Below, piece after piece: positions 1 to 9,720 of a stretch of DNA of 64,000 bases (within the stretch, counting starts at the first letter, position 1; each line of letters opens with the position of its first letter). Source of the stretch: an uncultured Solirubrobacteraceae bacterium (GTDB taxonomy: Bacteria > Actinomycetota > Thermoleophilia > Solirubrobacterales > Solirubrobacteraceae). The stretch covers positions 75,139 through 139,138 of the forward strand of contig CAWCBZ010000005.1 of the NCBI GenBank assembly GCA_963793935.1, read 5' to 3'. A model generated the notes under the pieces. That model was not told where the DNA came from. It did not search any database and was given only the letters and a program-made list of their open reading frames with translations. Both the position numbers and the translations under genes were made by a program.

Positions 1-142
1 AACCGTTTCGGTTCCCGAAACGAACACATGGCCGACGCCACTGGCGACTTTTTCAAGCGTGTTGACTGGCGACCACAAGCCGCTGATTTTCTCGAATCAT
101 ACGCCTCCACAGAACTTTTGTCCGGCAGCGCAACGGCTTCAC

Positions 143-1045
143 TCACCCATCAGGTCCCTCCACTTGCTCCAGCAGGCGCGCCGCCCACCGCGAATGGCGG
201 CGCCGAAGCTCACCTTCATCCAGATCACCCCGCCCAAGCGGCGCGTAATTGGGCCCCCACGTGACAACCCCATCGTGCGAGCGCGCGACCGCCCAGCTGT
301 CCCACAGAACGATGTCTGCGACGGTCGCGCCAATCGCGCTTTCATAGGCTGAGAGGAACACATCGGCCACGCGCTCGTCGAACAGCAGAACGAGATCGAG
401 ACGACACCAGCCCAGGTCAAAGCCGCTTGGACCCCGCGCGCCGCCCGACCAATCCACGATGCCCGTGAGCCTGTCGTCCCGCCAGACGACGTTGCCCGAC
501 CAGTAGTCACAGTGGCACAGCACCATCGCCGACGCGGTGATCTGCGCCCAGCGAGAGCGGACCGCATCAGCCAGCGAGCCACCCAACGCGTCGCGAGAAC
601 CTCCGCTGTGACCAAGCACGCTCGGCAAGCCCGTCAGCCGCTCGTTCGGCACCGCATGCACAACCGCCAGCGCACGAGCGAGCTCGTCGGTCCATTTCTC
701 GACATCGGTCGGCGTGATGTTCGCGTGCCCGTCCAGCCGACTGATCAACGACGTCGGACGATCTGACCACCGAGCGTTCGAGTCGCCGCCGAGCAGCACG
801 GGAGCCAGGCCGCCCAGCCCGTCGAGCGCCCGCAGCACGCGCTGTTCGCTCGCGCACGCCTCGTCGCCCACCGGAAACTCGCGGATGATCACGCTGTGCG
901 CGGGATTCTCGGTGTCGACTCGCCACGTGCTCGCGTGCTGGCCGCCGTCGAGCCGCGTGACGGTCCGAATCGCGGCCGACCGCCCGGCTATGCGGCGCAC
1001 TTCCTCGAGTGCTCCCGATGAGGGCAGAGTCTCGGGTTGGGGCAT
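143..1045 (-). CDS. Aminoglycoside/choline-kinase-type phosphotransferase (APH family)
   Basis: 300-aa ORF. Brenner-like catalytic motif HCDYWSGNVVW and a D..G region typical of APH/phosphotransferase enzyme family. Consistent third-position GC bias. Confidence 0.65.
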   Translation of the reverse strand: MPQPETLPSSGALEEVRRIAGRSAAIRTVTRLDGGQHASTWRVDTENPAHSVIIREFPVGDEACASEQRVLRALDGLGGLAPVLLGGDSNARWSDRPTSLISRLDGHANITPTDVEKWTDELARALAVVHAVPNERLTGLPSVLGHSGGSRDALGGSLADAVRSRWAQITASAMVLCHCDYWSGNVVWRDDRLTGIVDWSGGARGPSGFDLGWCRLDLVLLFDERVADVFLSAYESAIGATVADIVLWDSWAVARSHDGVVTWGPNYAPLGRGDLDEGELRRRHSRWAARLLEQVEGPDG

Positions 1046-1160
1046 AGTTGAAACCCTACGCCCGCACTAAGCCATCGCGCCTTGGCTGTCGATAGCTAGA
1101 CAGTCGGTTCCGCCGCGGCCGTGTGTCTCCAGGCCGAAAGCCGCGCAACGCCCGACGTTA

Positions 1161-2039
1161 ATGCCGATCACACGCTCAACGCTCGCACTCTCCCTGACAG
1201 CCGCGGTGGCGATGCTCGCCGCATGCGGCAGCTCGACGACCTTGCCGCACAGCGCTTCGGCGACCCCGCCGGTCACCGCCAAACCGATTACCGTCGCGGC
1301 TCCCGCCTCCAAGCCGGCGTCACACCATGAGCGGCCACATGCGCAGTTCGCGAACTTCGCCAAGGCCGTCAACCTTCGCCCCGAAGATGTGCCGGGTTTC
1401 AGCGCCACGCCGAGGAAAGCTCATAGTGGCCGTGCGCGCAACGCCGCGCTCGAAGCCAACGCTCCCTACCGGCGTTGCTTTCAGGTCGCCAACGAAGTCA
1501 AGCCGCTCGTCAAGCTCACCTCCCGCCGCTTCAAGGCAGGCAGCGCTCTGCACCTGCAGCAGGTGAGCTCGAGTGTCGAAGTCGAGCCATCGCTTGTGAT
1601 TGCAAGCCGCGAACTGGCCGAAGCCAGGAGGGCACTTCACAGCCACTCCGCGAGAAAGTGCTTCGCTCGCGAATTCGACGCCCAGGGCACGCGAGCACGA
1701 CCGATTCACGTCGGCGGGGGAACGGTGCGAGTACTCGTCGGCAACCTGCGTCTCGTGCCATTCTCGGTGTCCGCCGCGACGCACGGCACCGGCGGCGGCT
1801 TCGGCTTCAGCCTCAGCGCGCGCGTCACCTACCTCGCACGCGTGCATGGACATCGGTTCACGCACCGCACCTCGATCGAGTTCGACACGCTCGGCTTCCT
1901 CGTCGGCCGCGCCGGCGTCAAGCTGGACACGGAGACGCTCGGCAGCTCGTTTCCGCCGCAGCTCGAGGCGAGTCTGCTCTCGCGGCTCGTCTCACGCGCC
2001 ATCGCCGCCGGGCAGGCAAGTCCCGCCGTCATGCGCTAG
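1161..2039 (+). CDS. Hypothetical lipoprotein
   Basis: N-terminus MPITRSTLALSLTAAVAMLAACGSS is a lipobox-type signal peptide. No recognisable domain. Overlapping opposite-strand ORFs are judged to be GC artefacts. Confidence 0.45.
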   Translation: MPITRSTLALSLTAAVAMLAACGSSTTLPHSASATPPVTAKPITVAAPASKPASHHERPHAQFANFAKAVNLRPEDVPGFSATPRKAHSGRARNAALEANAPYRRCFQVANEVKPLVKLTSRRFKAGSALHLQQVSSSVEVEPSLVIASRELAEARRALHSHSARKCFAREFDAQGTRARPIHVGGGTVRVLVGNLRLVPFSVSAATHGTGGGFGFSLSARVTYLARVHGHRFTHRTSIEFDTLGFLVGRAGVKLDTETLGSSFPPQLEASLLSRLVSRAIAAGQASPAVMR

Positions 2040-2150
2040 CCCACCCCAACCAGTCACCGGCGCCTGCCGCGGCCGATGCGCAGCGAGCGGCCGAGGTGCG
2101 CTAGATATGACGGCGTGAGCGACGAGGCCAACACGTTCTCCGCCGAGGGC

Positions 2151-3065
2151 ATGGAGACGGTCGTGATCGCGTCTTCCGACGACGCCCTGCAGGCGACGTT
2201 CGTGCCGGCCGCCGGAATGCTGTGCGGCTCGCTGCGCTTCCACGGCGAGCAGCTGCTCGCACAGCGCCGCGGCGTGCGCGCATATGCGGAGCGCGGATCG
2301 ACGATGGGCATCCCCCTGCTGCATCCCTGGGCCAATCGCCTGGCGGGCTTTGACTATGAGACGCCCGATCGTCCCGTGGAGCTTGATGCCCAGTCCCCGC
2401 TGATCGCCCACGATCAGAACGGCCTGCCGATTCACGGCGTCATCGCCGGCCTGCTGCACTGGCAGCTGCTCGAGCCGCCCGAGGAGCCCTCGAAGAGCCG
2501 GCTGCGCGCGCGCATGGACTGGGATCGCTCCGAGCTGCTTGCCGTGTTCCCCTTCCCGCACACGCTCGAACTCGACGCCGCCGTCACCGATTCGACGCTG
2601 ACGTTCGAAGCGACATTGCGTCCGTCCGCGCTGGCGGCCGTTCCGGTTTCGTTCGGATATCACCCCTATCTCATGATTCCCGGCGTCCAACGCGCCGACT
2701 GGCAGGTGCGCCTGCCCGCGGCGAGGCGGCTGCTGCTCGACGATCGAATGATCCCGACGGGCGACGGCGAAGCGACAAGCGCGCGGCGTCTGGCGCTCGC
2801 CGACAGCGGCTGGGACGACGCCTATGCCGATCTGCCGCCGACGCCGCAATTCTCGATCTCCGGCCAGGGTCGCACAGTCGCCCTGGAGTTCCTCCGCGGC
2901 TATGACTTCGCCCAGGTCTTCGCGCAGCCAGGGCAGAGCTTCGTCTGCTTCGAGCCGATGACCGCGCCAACCAACGCGCTCGTCAGCGGCGATCGCCTGC
3001 GGCTTGTCGAGCCCGGCGGGGAGTTTCGTGCTGCCTTCAGCGTGTCGATCGCCGCTTGGCGGTAG
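2151..3065 (+). CDS. Aldose 1-epimerase (galactose mutarotase-like) family protein
   Basis: Motifs HPYL, FVCFEPMT, HGVIAG and the overall length fit the aldose-1-epimerase family. Start placed at METVVIAS; an upstream in-frame M at 2076 is possible. Confidence 0.65.
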   Translation: METVVIASSDDALQATFVPAAGMLCGSLRFHGEQLLAQRRGVRAYAERGSTMGIPLLHPWANRLAGFDYETPDRPVELDAQSPLIAHDQNGLPIHGVIAGLLHWQLLEPPEEPSKSRLRARMDWDRSELLAVFPFPHTLELDAAVTDSTLTFEATLRPSALAAVPVSFGYHPYLMIPGVQRADWQVRLPAARRLLLDDRMIPTGDGEATSARRLALADSGWDDAYADLPPTPQFSISGQGRTVALEFLRGYDFAQVFAQPGQSFVCFEPMTAPTNALVSGDRLRLVEPGGEFRAAFSVSIAAWR

Positions 3066-3074
3066 CTTGATCGG

Positions 3075-3995
3075 ATGAGCTCCGCTTGGCCCGCGATTTC
3101 CTATGAGCAGTGGAGCGCCACCTGCGACACGCTGCACGCGCACACGCAGGTGCTGGGCAAACTCTCGGCGAGCCTCGCGCCCGCGCAGCCGGAGCTGCAG
3201 CACGCCGCGCTGCGTCTGAGCGCGCGCGGATGGGAGACGCTCCCGCTGCCGGCTCCAGACGGCTCCGGCGCGTTCGTCGTCGTGCTCGACCTGCACAAAC
3301 ACGCAGCCCGTGTGGAGCACGTCGATGGTCGCTCGGTCGACGTTCCGCTGACGCCCGACCGCGCGGTCGGCGAGGTCACGCGCGAGCTGCTCGACGCGGT
3401 TCGCAGCCTGGCCGGCCCGGTGGAGATCAGCCTGGTCCCGCAGGAGGTCGACTGGACTTCACCGCTGGACCAGGACGTCGAGCACGCCTCCTATGAGCCC
3501 GAGCAGGTCGAGCGCTACTTCGCGGCGGCGACCCGCGCCGCGCTCGTGCTCGCCGAGTTCCGTGCCCCCTATCGCGGACGTTCGACGCCGGTGAACGCGT
3601 GGTGGGGGTCCTTCGACCTCAGCGTCAGCCTGTTCTCGGGCAAGCGCGCCGAGCCGCCTTCGCAGGACTTCATCATGCGCAACGCGATGGATGCCGAAGA
3701 GATCGCGGTCGGCTGGTGGCCCGGCGACGCCAAATACGGACGGGCCGCCTTCTACGCCTATGCCCATCCCGCGCCCGACGGCTTTTCAGAGGCGACGCTC
3801 GCGCCGGCCGCCGCACGCTGGGACGAGGCGCTCGGCGAGTTCGTGCTCGATTGGGACGACATGCGAACGAGCGCAAGCCCTCATCTGGACGCGCTGGCGT
3901 TCGCGCGCTCGGCCTTTCAGCATGCCTGTGCCGTGTGCAGATGGGACGAGCGGCTTTCGGCGAGCGCCGAAGGCAGCCCGCCTCCGGTCATCTGA
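3075..3995 (+). CDS. DUF5996 family protein
   Basis: N-terminus MSSAWPAISYEQWSATCDTLHAHTQVLGKL matches the conserved WP..Y..W..T..TLH..TQ..GK start of DUF5996 proteins. 306 aa. Confidence 0.5.
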   Translation: MSSAWPAISYEQWSATCDTLHAHTQVLGKLSASLAPAQPELQHAALRLSARGWETLPLPAPDGSGAFVVVLDLHKHAARVEHVDGRSVDVPLTPDRAVGEVTRELLDAVRSLAGPVEISLVPQEVDWTSPLDQDVEHASYEPEQVERYFAAATRAALVLAEFRAPYRGRSTPVNAWWGSFDLSVSLFSGKRAEPPSQDFIMRNAMDAEEIAVGWWPGDAKYGRAAFYAYAHPAPDGFSEATLAPAAARWDEALGEFVLDWDDMRTSASPHLDALAFARSAFQHACAVCRWDERLSASAEGSPPPVI

Positions 3996-4006
3996 GCCAA
4001 ACGATC

Positions 4007-4954
4007 TCAGCCGCGCTGCTCGGTCAGCGAGCCGTACGTGTCGGGCCGCCGCGTACGCAGAAACGGGAACAGCTCCAGCCAGTCCTCGCGCTGGTCGAGG
4101 TCGAGGTCGGCGACCAGCACGGCCGGCTCGTCGCGCGGCGCCTGCACGAGCTTTCTGCCGTACGGATCGCAGATGAACGAAGAGCCGTAGAAGGTAAGCG
4201 GCGGCTCGTCGCCGATGCGGTTGACCGCCACCATGAAAACGCCGTTGGCGATCGCGTTGCCGACGATCACGCGCTCCCACAGCGGCTCGGTGTCGAAGTC
4301 TGGGTGGTCGGGCTCGGAGCCGATCGCCGTGGGATAGACGATCACGTCGGCGCCGCGCAGGCTGTACGCGCGCGCGACCTCGGGAAACCACTGGTCCCAG
4401 CACGTCGGCAGGCCGAGCCGAGCCTCGCCGAGTGCCACCACGGGGTATGGCTCGCCATCGGCCGGGCCAGGTCGGAAGTAGCGATCCTCGTGGTAGCCCT
4501 CCGTCACGGGAATGTGCAGCTTGCGCGTGCGCGCGACGAGCGCGCCGTCGGGCGCGACGACGATCGCCGTGTTGAAGCCCAAGCCGTCGGCTCCTTCGGC
4601 TCGCTCATACAGCGACGCGTGCACGTGAATGCCTGTCTCGTGCGCCATGCGGGCAGCGAACTCGTACGTCGGCCCGCCCGGCAGCTGCTCGGGCTCGACG
4701 CCGAGGCTCTCGGGCCCCGCGGCATCGACGGCGAAGTAACGACTGAGCGTCAGCTCCTGCAGGCAGACCAGCTGCGCCCCCGCGTGCGCCGCCTGCTCGA
4801 TGCCCTTTGCGAGCGCCTGCTGATGCTCGTCGGGGTCGGCGTGCCAGCGCTGTTGCACCGCCGCGACGCGAAACTGCGGGCGGTGAGCCGGGCGCGTGCG
4901 CGCCGGCGAATCCAGCGGCCCGGCGGCCACGATCAGTTGGATCTTCTCGGCCAC
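4007..4954 (-). CDS. aguB: N-carbamoylputrescine amidase (carbon-nitrogen hydrolase family)
   Basis: CN-hydrolase signature: E...K...C triad context (AAVQ, CWDQWFPE, VIVYPTAIG). Divergently adjacent to agmatine deiminase. Confidence 0.75.
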   Translation of the reverse strand: MAEKIQLIVAAGPLDSPARTRPAHRPQFRVAAVQQRWHADPDEHQQALAKGIEQAAHAGAQLVCLQELTLSRYFAVDAAGPESLGVEPEQLPGGPTYEFAARMAHETGIHVHASLYERAEGADGLGFNTAIVVAPDGALVARTRKLHIPVTEGYHEDRYFRPGPADGEPYPVVALGEARLGLPTCWDQWFPEVARAYSLRGADVIVYPTAIGSEPDHPDFDTEPLWERVIVGNAIANGVFMVAVNRIGDEPPLTFYGSSFICDPYGRKLVQAPRDEPAVLVADLDLDQREDWLELFPFLRTRRPDTYGSLTEQRG

Positions 4955-5029
4955 TGCAGTGACTGTAGGTGCTTGCGCCGATTCGCCGTCGCCGCGCGGT
5001 CACGCGCCGGAGCACCGTCCACGCTTGGC

Positions 5030-6148
5030 ATGCTGTGGCCGATGAGCACGACACTCACTTCCACGCCGGCTGCCGACGGCTACCACATGCCTGGAGAGTT
5101 CGAGCCTCACGCCGGCTGCTGGATGGCGTGGCCTGAGCGACCCGACAACTGGCGCGACGGCGCCGCACCCGCACAGCACGCCTATGCACAGGTCGCCGAG
5201 GCGATCAACGCCGTCGAGCCGGTGACCATGGTGGTCTCCGACGTCCAGTACGAGCGCTGCCGCGCGTCGCTCGCGGACTCCATTCGCGTCGTGGAGATGT
5301 CGACCGACGATGCCTGGATGCGCGATACCGGACCGACGTTCGTGATCGACTCGGCAGGCTCCCGCCGCGGCGTCGATTGGCGCTTCAACGCGTGGGGCGG
5401 CTCGCAAGGCGGGCTGTACTCCACCTGGGATCGCGACGAGCGTGTCGCGCGCAAGGTGCTGGAGATCGAACGCACCGACCGCTATCGCGCGCCGATCGTG
5501 CTCGAGGGAGGCGCCGTGCACGTCGACGGCGAGGGCACGGTGATGACGACCGAACGGTGTCTGCTCAACGCCAACCGCAACCCTGAGCTCTCACGCGAGC
5601 AGATCGAGCGGACCCTGTTCGACCATCTCGGCGCGAGCAAGGTGATCTGGCTGGGCGACGGCGTGTTCAACGACGAGACCGACGGCCACGTCGACAATCT
5701 CGCCTGCTTTGCGCGCCCCGGCGTCGTGCTGCTCAGCTACAGCGACGACGAGACCGATCCCCAGCACGCGATCTCACGCGACGCCGAGCAACGCCTGCAA
5801 GCAGCCACCGACGCGCGCGGACGTTCGTTGGAGGTGATCAGACTGCCCTCGCCCGGTCCAATCGCGATCGGCGAGCACGAGGCCGCGGGGGTGCTGCCGG
5901 CGCAGGGAAGCATGCCGCGCCGCGCAGGCGACCGGCTGGCGGCCTCCTACGTCAACTTCTACCCGGCCAACTCGCGCGTCGTCTTCCCTCTGCTCGACGA
6001 GCGCCAAGACGATCAGGCCGCAGAGATCCTCGCGCGCTGCTTTGCCGACCGCGAGGTCGTCGGGGTGCCCGCGCGCGAGATCCTGCTGGGCGGCGGCAAC
6101 ATCCACTGCATCACCCAGCACGTGCCGTCGACCGTCGCCTCCAGCTAG
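5030..6148 (+). CDS. aguA: Agmatine deiminase
   Basis: MPGEFEPHAGCWMAWPER, AWMRDTGPTFV and C-terminal GGGNIHCITQQ(H)VP are hallmark agmatine deiminase / porphyromonas-type peptidylarginine deiminase motifs. The listed 849-aa ORF is a GC-driven upstream extension; the true start is at M 5030 or 5042. Confidence 0.8.
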   Translation: MLWPMSTTLTSTPAADGYHMPGEFEPHAGCWMAWPERPDNWRDGAAPAQHAYAQVAEAINAVEPVTMVVSDVQYERCRASLADSIRVVEMSTDDAWMRDTGPTFVIDSAGSRRGVDWRFNAWGGSQGGLYSTWDRDERVARKVLEIERTDRYRAPIVLEGGAVHVDGEGTVMTTERCLLNANRNPELSREQIERTLFDHLGASKVIWLGDGVFNDETDGHVDNLACFARPGVVLLSYSDDETDPQHAISRDAEQRLQAATDARGRSLEVIRLPSPGPIAIGEHEAAGVLPAQGSMPRRAGDRLAASYVNFYPANSRVVFPLLDERQDDQAAEILARCFADREVVGVPAREILLGGGNIHCITQHVPSTVASS

Positions 6149-7653
6149 CTCGCCGCCTCGACCCGATCCTCGACCGACGCGTCGCGATCTGAGGACCGCG
6201 CGGAGAAGTGGCGGAGCTCCAGCACGATGCGAGCACCGCCCTCGGCCGATTCTTCGGCCCTCACGCTCCCGCCGTGCGCGTCGGCGATCGCGCGTACGAT
6301 CGCCAGCCCGAGCCCGGCTCCGCCAGTCGCGCGGTCGCGCGCGGCGTCGGTCCGTTGGAAGCGGTCGAAGACATGCTCGCGCTGGTCTGCGCGAATCCCC
6401 GGGCCGTCGTCCTCGACGACGAAACGCAGCCGGCCATCGCGGCCGACCTCGACGCGCATGCGCACGAGGCCGTGCTCGGCGGTCGTGTGCTCGATCGCAT
6501 TGGCGACGAGGTTGCGCAGAGCCTGCGTCAGTCGATCGGGGTCCGCGCGCAGCGTTCCCGAGGGAATTGGACCGAGCTCGAAACGCCGGCTCGCGAGCAG
6601 CATCACGCCGTCCCACAGCTCGCTCACGTAAGCCGGCAGGGCGATCGGCTCGACGCGCAGGAACTCCCGCTGTTCGCTGCGCGCCAGCAGCAGCAGGTCG
6701 TCCACCAGTCGGCCGATGCGTCCGATCTCGGCCTGCACCAGGCGCTCGACGCGGCGGACTTCCTCGGCGGACGGGTTGGCCTGGCGGGCCAGCACCTCGA
6801 GCTGACCGGCGACCACGGTCAGCGGAGTGCGCAGCTCGTGCGAGGCATCGGCGACGAAGGCGCGTTGCGCCGCGAACGCCTCGGTGAGTCGATCGAGCAT
6901 GTTGTTGAAGGACTCCGCGAGCACCTCGATCTCCGTTCCCTGCCCACCGGGATCTTCGATGCGCGGGTGCAGGTCACCCGCATCGACGCGCGCGGCGACC
7001 GAAGCCATGCGACGCAGCGGACGCGTCAGGCGGCTGCCGATCAGATAGGCGCCGAGCAGGGCGCCGGCGAGCGCGAGGATGCCGGCGAGGATGAACGCGC
7101 GCGCGACGCCCGCCTGCGCGTTGGCGACCGTCGCAAGCGGCTCGCCGGCCCCGACCGTGACGGTGCGCCCGCCGGGCAGGCGCACCGCGCGCTTGAGCAG
7201 CCGCAGGTCGCCAACGTCAGGAAGCGTGACCGTGCTGTAGCCGACCTGCGCGCTGAGCAGGCTCTGCGACAGCTTGTTCTCTTCGGCCTGGCGGGCGAAC
7301 GACTCTCCGTTGTCGGGCGCCGCCTGGCTGAACAGCTCGGGGCGGTTGGTGCTCGTGCGAGCGCCGGGCGTGAGCGTGAACAGCAGCCTCGAGGTGGCCG
7401 CGAACGGCTGGCTGCTCACGTAGCGGTCGGATGCGCCAACGATCTGCTTGGGCGTTTGCGGTCGCGCGAGCTGCAGGCTGCGCCCGAGCTCGCCGGCGTC
7501 GCCGCGGAGCTCGCTGTCGACCTGGGCGCGCAGCTTCACGCCGGTCCCGTGATAGACGGCCAGGAAGCTGATGCCCGTACAGACCAGCAGCACGAGCACG
7601 ACCCACGCCGCCAGCCGCCAGCGCAGCCCGCCGCGGGCAAGCAAGCCGCGCAT
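6145..7653 (-). CDS. Two-component sensor histidine kinase
   Basis: Two TM segments, a HAMP-like region, H-box HELRTPLTVVAGQLEVL, and N/G boxes of HATPase_c. Its start overlaps the response regulator stop by ATGA. Confidence 0.8.
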   Translation of the reverse strand: MRGLLARGGLRWRLAAWVVLVLLVCTGISFLAVYHGTGVKLRAQVDSELRGDAGELGRSLQLARPQTPKQIVGASDRYVSSQPFAATSRLLFTLTPGARTSTNRPELFSQAAPDNGESFARQAEENKLSQSLLSAQVGYSTVTLPDVGDLRLLKRAVRLPGGRTVTVGAGEPLATVANAQAGVARAFILAGILALAGALLGAYLIGSRLTRPLRRMASVAARVDAGDLHPRIEDPGGQGTEIEVLAESFNNMLDRLTEAFAAQRAFVADASHELRTPLTVVAGQLEVLARQANPSAEEVRRVERLVQAEIGRIGRLVDDLLLLARSEQREFLRVEPIALPAYVSELWDGVMLLASRRFELGPIPSGTLRADPDRLTQALRNLVANAIEHTTAEHGLVRMRVEVGRDGRLRFVVEDDGPGIRADQREHVFDRFQRTDAARDRATGGAGLGLAIVRAIADAHGGSVRAEESAEGGARIVLELRHFSARSSDRDASVEDRVEAAS

Positions 7654-8414
7654 CAGTCCGCTCGGGTGGCCCCCGCGCCGCCGAGGCGGTAGCCGACCGC
7701 GCGAACCGTCGCGATCGGAGCAGGGTTGCCGGGCCGCGCGAGCTTACGCCGCAGATAACCGACGTACACGTCCACCACGTTGGTCGTGGGATCGTGCTCG
7801 TAGCCCCACACCGCGCTGAGGATCTCCTCGCGCGAAAGCGTCTGGCCCTGGTGGCGCATCAGGTGGGCCAGCAGCTCGAACTCTGTCGTGGACAGGGCGA
7901 TCTCGCCGTCGGCTCGATGCACCTGGCGCGTCAGCAGGTTCAGCTCGATGTCCTCCGCGCAGAGCACCGCCTGCGAGGCCTGCGCGACGACGCGCAGCTG
8001 CGCGCGCAGCCGCGCGACGAGCTCGGTCAGCGAGAACGGCTTGACCAGGTAGTCGACAGCGCCGCTTTCCAGACCCTGAACGCGGTCCTCCACCTCGCCG
8101 CGCGCGCTGAGCACGAGCACAGGCAGCGTTGGCGAGGCGCGGCGAACCGAGGCGAGGATCTCCAGCCCCGGACGGCCGGGCAGCATCAGGTCGAGCACGA
8201 TCGCGTCAAAGCGCCCCGAGAGCGCCAGGCGCTCGCCCTCCACGCCGTCGAGACAGGCCTCGACGGAGAACCCCTCATCCGCGAGCCCGCGGCGAAGGAA
8301 ATCGACGATACCCGGCTCGTCCTCGATCAGCAGCACGCGGTCGGGCGCAATCGCCCGCTCGTTCGCGGCAGCTGCGAGCGGATCGCGCCCCAGTGCGCGC
8401 GCGGTCGTGGTCAT
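7653..8414 (-). CDS. OmpR-family response regulator
   Basis: Receiver domain (VLLIEDEP..., D..LDLMLPG, K) plus C-terminal winged-helix (Trans_reg_C: VWGY...VDVYVGYLRRKL). The real start is probably downstream of the listed M. Confidence 0.8.
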   Translation of the reverse strand: MTTTARALGRDPLAAAANERAIAPDRVLLIEDEPGIVDFLRRGLADEGFSVEACLDGVEGERLALSGRFDAIVLDLMLPGRPGLEILASVRRASPTLPVLVLSARGEVEDRVQGLESGAVDYLVKPFSLTELVARLRAQLRVVAQASQAVLCAEDIELNLLTRQVHRADGEIALSTTEFELLAHLMRHQGQTLSREEILSAVWGYEHDPTTNVVDVYVGYLRRKLARPGNPAPIATVRAVGYRLGGAGATRAD

Positions 8415-8522
8415 CGCTCAAGAATAGGGCGTGGTGGTGCCTGGAGTTCGCACTCGTGCAGGCGCTCTGCGCGTCGCCGCTGCGGCGACACTGCGAGCGC
8501 TCCCGTCGCCGAACCCGCTCAC

Positions 8523-8978
8523 TCAGGCGTCGCCGTCGAGCAGGAAGATCTCAGCCGCCACATCAGGATCCATGTGGTTGGCGCTCATGAACGCCGCCAC
8601 CTTCCTCCCCGAGATCCCTTCGACCCCCGCGACCAGGTCGTCGCGCATCGTCTGCTGGTAAGCGAAGCGCGTGCTGCGCACCACCTCTTCCCTGCCGTCG
8701 CGGACGAGGCTGCGTTCGCCCTTGGTCAGCGTGTCGCGCATGATCACCGTGATCAGGTCGTCCTCGATGTGCGTTCGCGCCTTCGTCGGACCGCGCCCCG
8801 TGTAGTCGCTGGTCAGCTTCACGACCAGGTTCGATATTGCCGCAGCCTGCTCGCCTCGCGCGGCGTGGTCGATCTCAGTGCTGGACACTGTGAGCCTTCC
8901 CTCGCCCCCTCTGAGAATGGGCGAGGCGCATGAAGAAGGAGACGGATGAAATCCGTGCGCACCGCCCGCGGCCCGCAT
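8523..8978 (-). CDS. DUF2294-like small protein
   Basis: The core ISNLVVKLTSDYTGRGPTKARTHIEDDLITVIMRDTLTKGERSLV resembles DUF2294. The true start is likely an internal GTG near 8890 (VSSTEID). Confidence 0.45.
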   Translation of the reverse strand: MRAAGGAHGFHPSPSSCASPILRGGEGRLTVSSTEIDHAARGEQAAAISNLVVKLTSDYTGRGPTKARTHIEDDLITVIMRDTLTKGERSLVRDGREEVVRSTRFAYQQTMRDDLVAGVEGISGRKVAAFMSANHMDPDVAAEIFLLDGDA

Positions 8979-9045
8979 GCCGTTATGGGTTACTCCATCG
9001 TCTACCCGGCCACGACTCGCGTGTTCACAGCATAGACCCCGCCGA

Positions 9046-9720
9046 TCATTCGACCAGCAGCGTCGCTTTCATACCTTTGGCCTCGTGGCCGGGAAGCGTG
9101 CAGAACAGCGTGTACGAGCCCGGCCGCATTTCCAGTTCGAGGGTGCTCACGCCTTTGGACGGAGTGTTCGCAAACGCAGTCGTCGGCGGCCCTTCGCCGG
9201 TTTCGAGGTCCAGGTTGTGTTCATCCTGGCCGTCGTTGACGAACTGCAGCACGACCTTGCCGGCGGGCACGTTCGTGCGCGACAGCGAGAAGCTGTACTC
9301 CACGGCGCTGACCTGCACGTGCGGGACCGACGGAGGTTCGACCGGCGCGGGAGGTTCGGCTTCGCCGACCGGCCCGGTGGCAGGCGCGCTCGGCGACGCG
9401 TTCGGCGGCGGGGCGGGGGTCGGCTGAGGCGGGCCTTCGCCGACGATCGTACCGGCGAGCGGCGTTACGAGCGTGGCCGGCGACAGCGGCGCGGGCGGAT
9501 GCGCGACGGCGCCGTGGCGCCTGGAGCGACAACGGCGTGAGCGGCGAGCATGCGAGCTTCGTCGAGCGCGGCTTGCGCACCGCCGATGCGCCGCGGTCGA
9601 TCGCTCGGCGCGCAGGTCGCGATGCGGCGCCTCACCCCAGCCGGACGCCGCGGCGGCGCCGACGGCCCACACGCAGCACATCGTGAGCACGAGCAGAACG
9701 GCTCGCAGGCGCGCGCTCAA
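9046..9720 (-). CDS. Secreted cupredoxin (blue-copper) domain protein
   Basis: C-terminal cupredoxin signature (GSYTLFCTLPGHEAKGMKATLLVE: Cys-x-x-His-x-x-x-Met copper ligands). A Pro-rich linker precedes it. Signal peptide at ARLRAVLLVLTMCCVWAVGAAAA. Start called at TTG 9720, which overlaps the stop of the upstream DUF1501 gene by 4 nt. Confidence 0.6.
   Translation of the reverse strand: MSARLRAVLLVLTMCCVWAVGAAAASGWGEAPHRDLRAERSTAAHRRCASRARRSSHARRSRRCRSRRHGAVAHPPAPLSPATLVTPLAGTIVGEGPPQPTPAPPPNASPSAPATGPVGEAEPPAPVEPPSVPHVQVSAVEYSFSLSRTNVPAGKVVLQFVNDGQDEHNLDLETGEGPPTTAFANTPSKGVSTLELEMRPGSYTLFCTLPGHEAKGMKATLLVE

Noticed and set aside
1-143. Partial ORFs at the window start (28-264 +, 59-352 +)
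   Set aside because: They overlap the well-supported APH gene on the opposite strand and show no recognisable motif. Probably shadow ORFs or an untranslated gene tail.
3599-6148. 849-aa ORF on the plus strand
   Set aside because: Only the last approx. 370 aa (from 5030) are agmatine deiminase. The upstream 1.4 kb is an Arg/Ala-rich, GC-driven open frame antisense to aguB. It has no domain content and the wrong codon bias.
6208-7692. 494-aa plus-strand ORF antisense to the histidine kinase
   Set aside because: Low-complexity Arg/Ala/Gln-rich translation. No motifs. The opposite strand encodes a full HK with H-, N- and G-boxes.
8977-9540. Plus-strand 187-aa ORF over the cupredoxin gene
   Set aside because: Arg-rich shadow frame. 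The minus-strand frame has signal peptide, Pro-rich linker and Cu-ligand motif.
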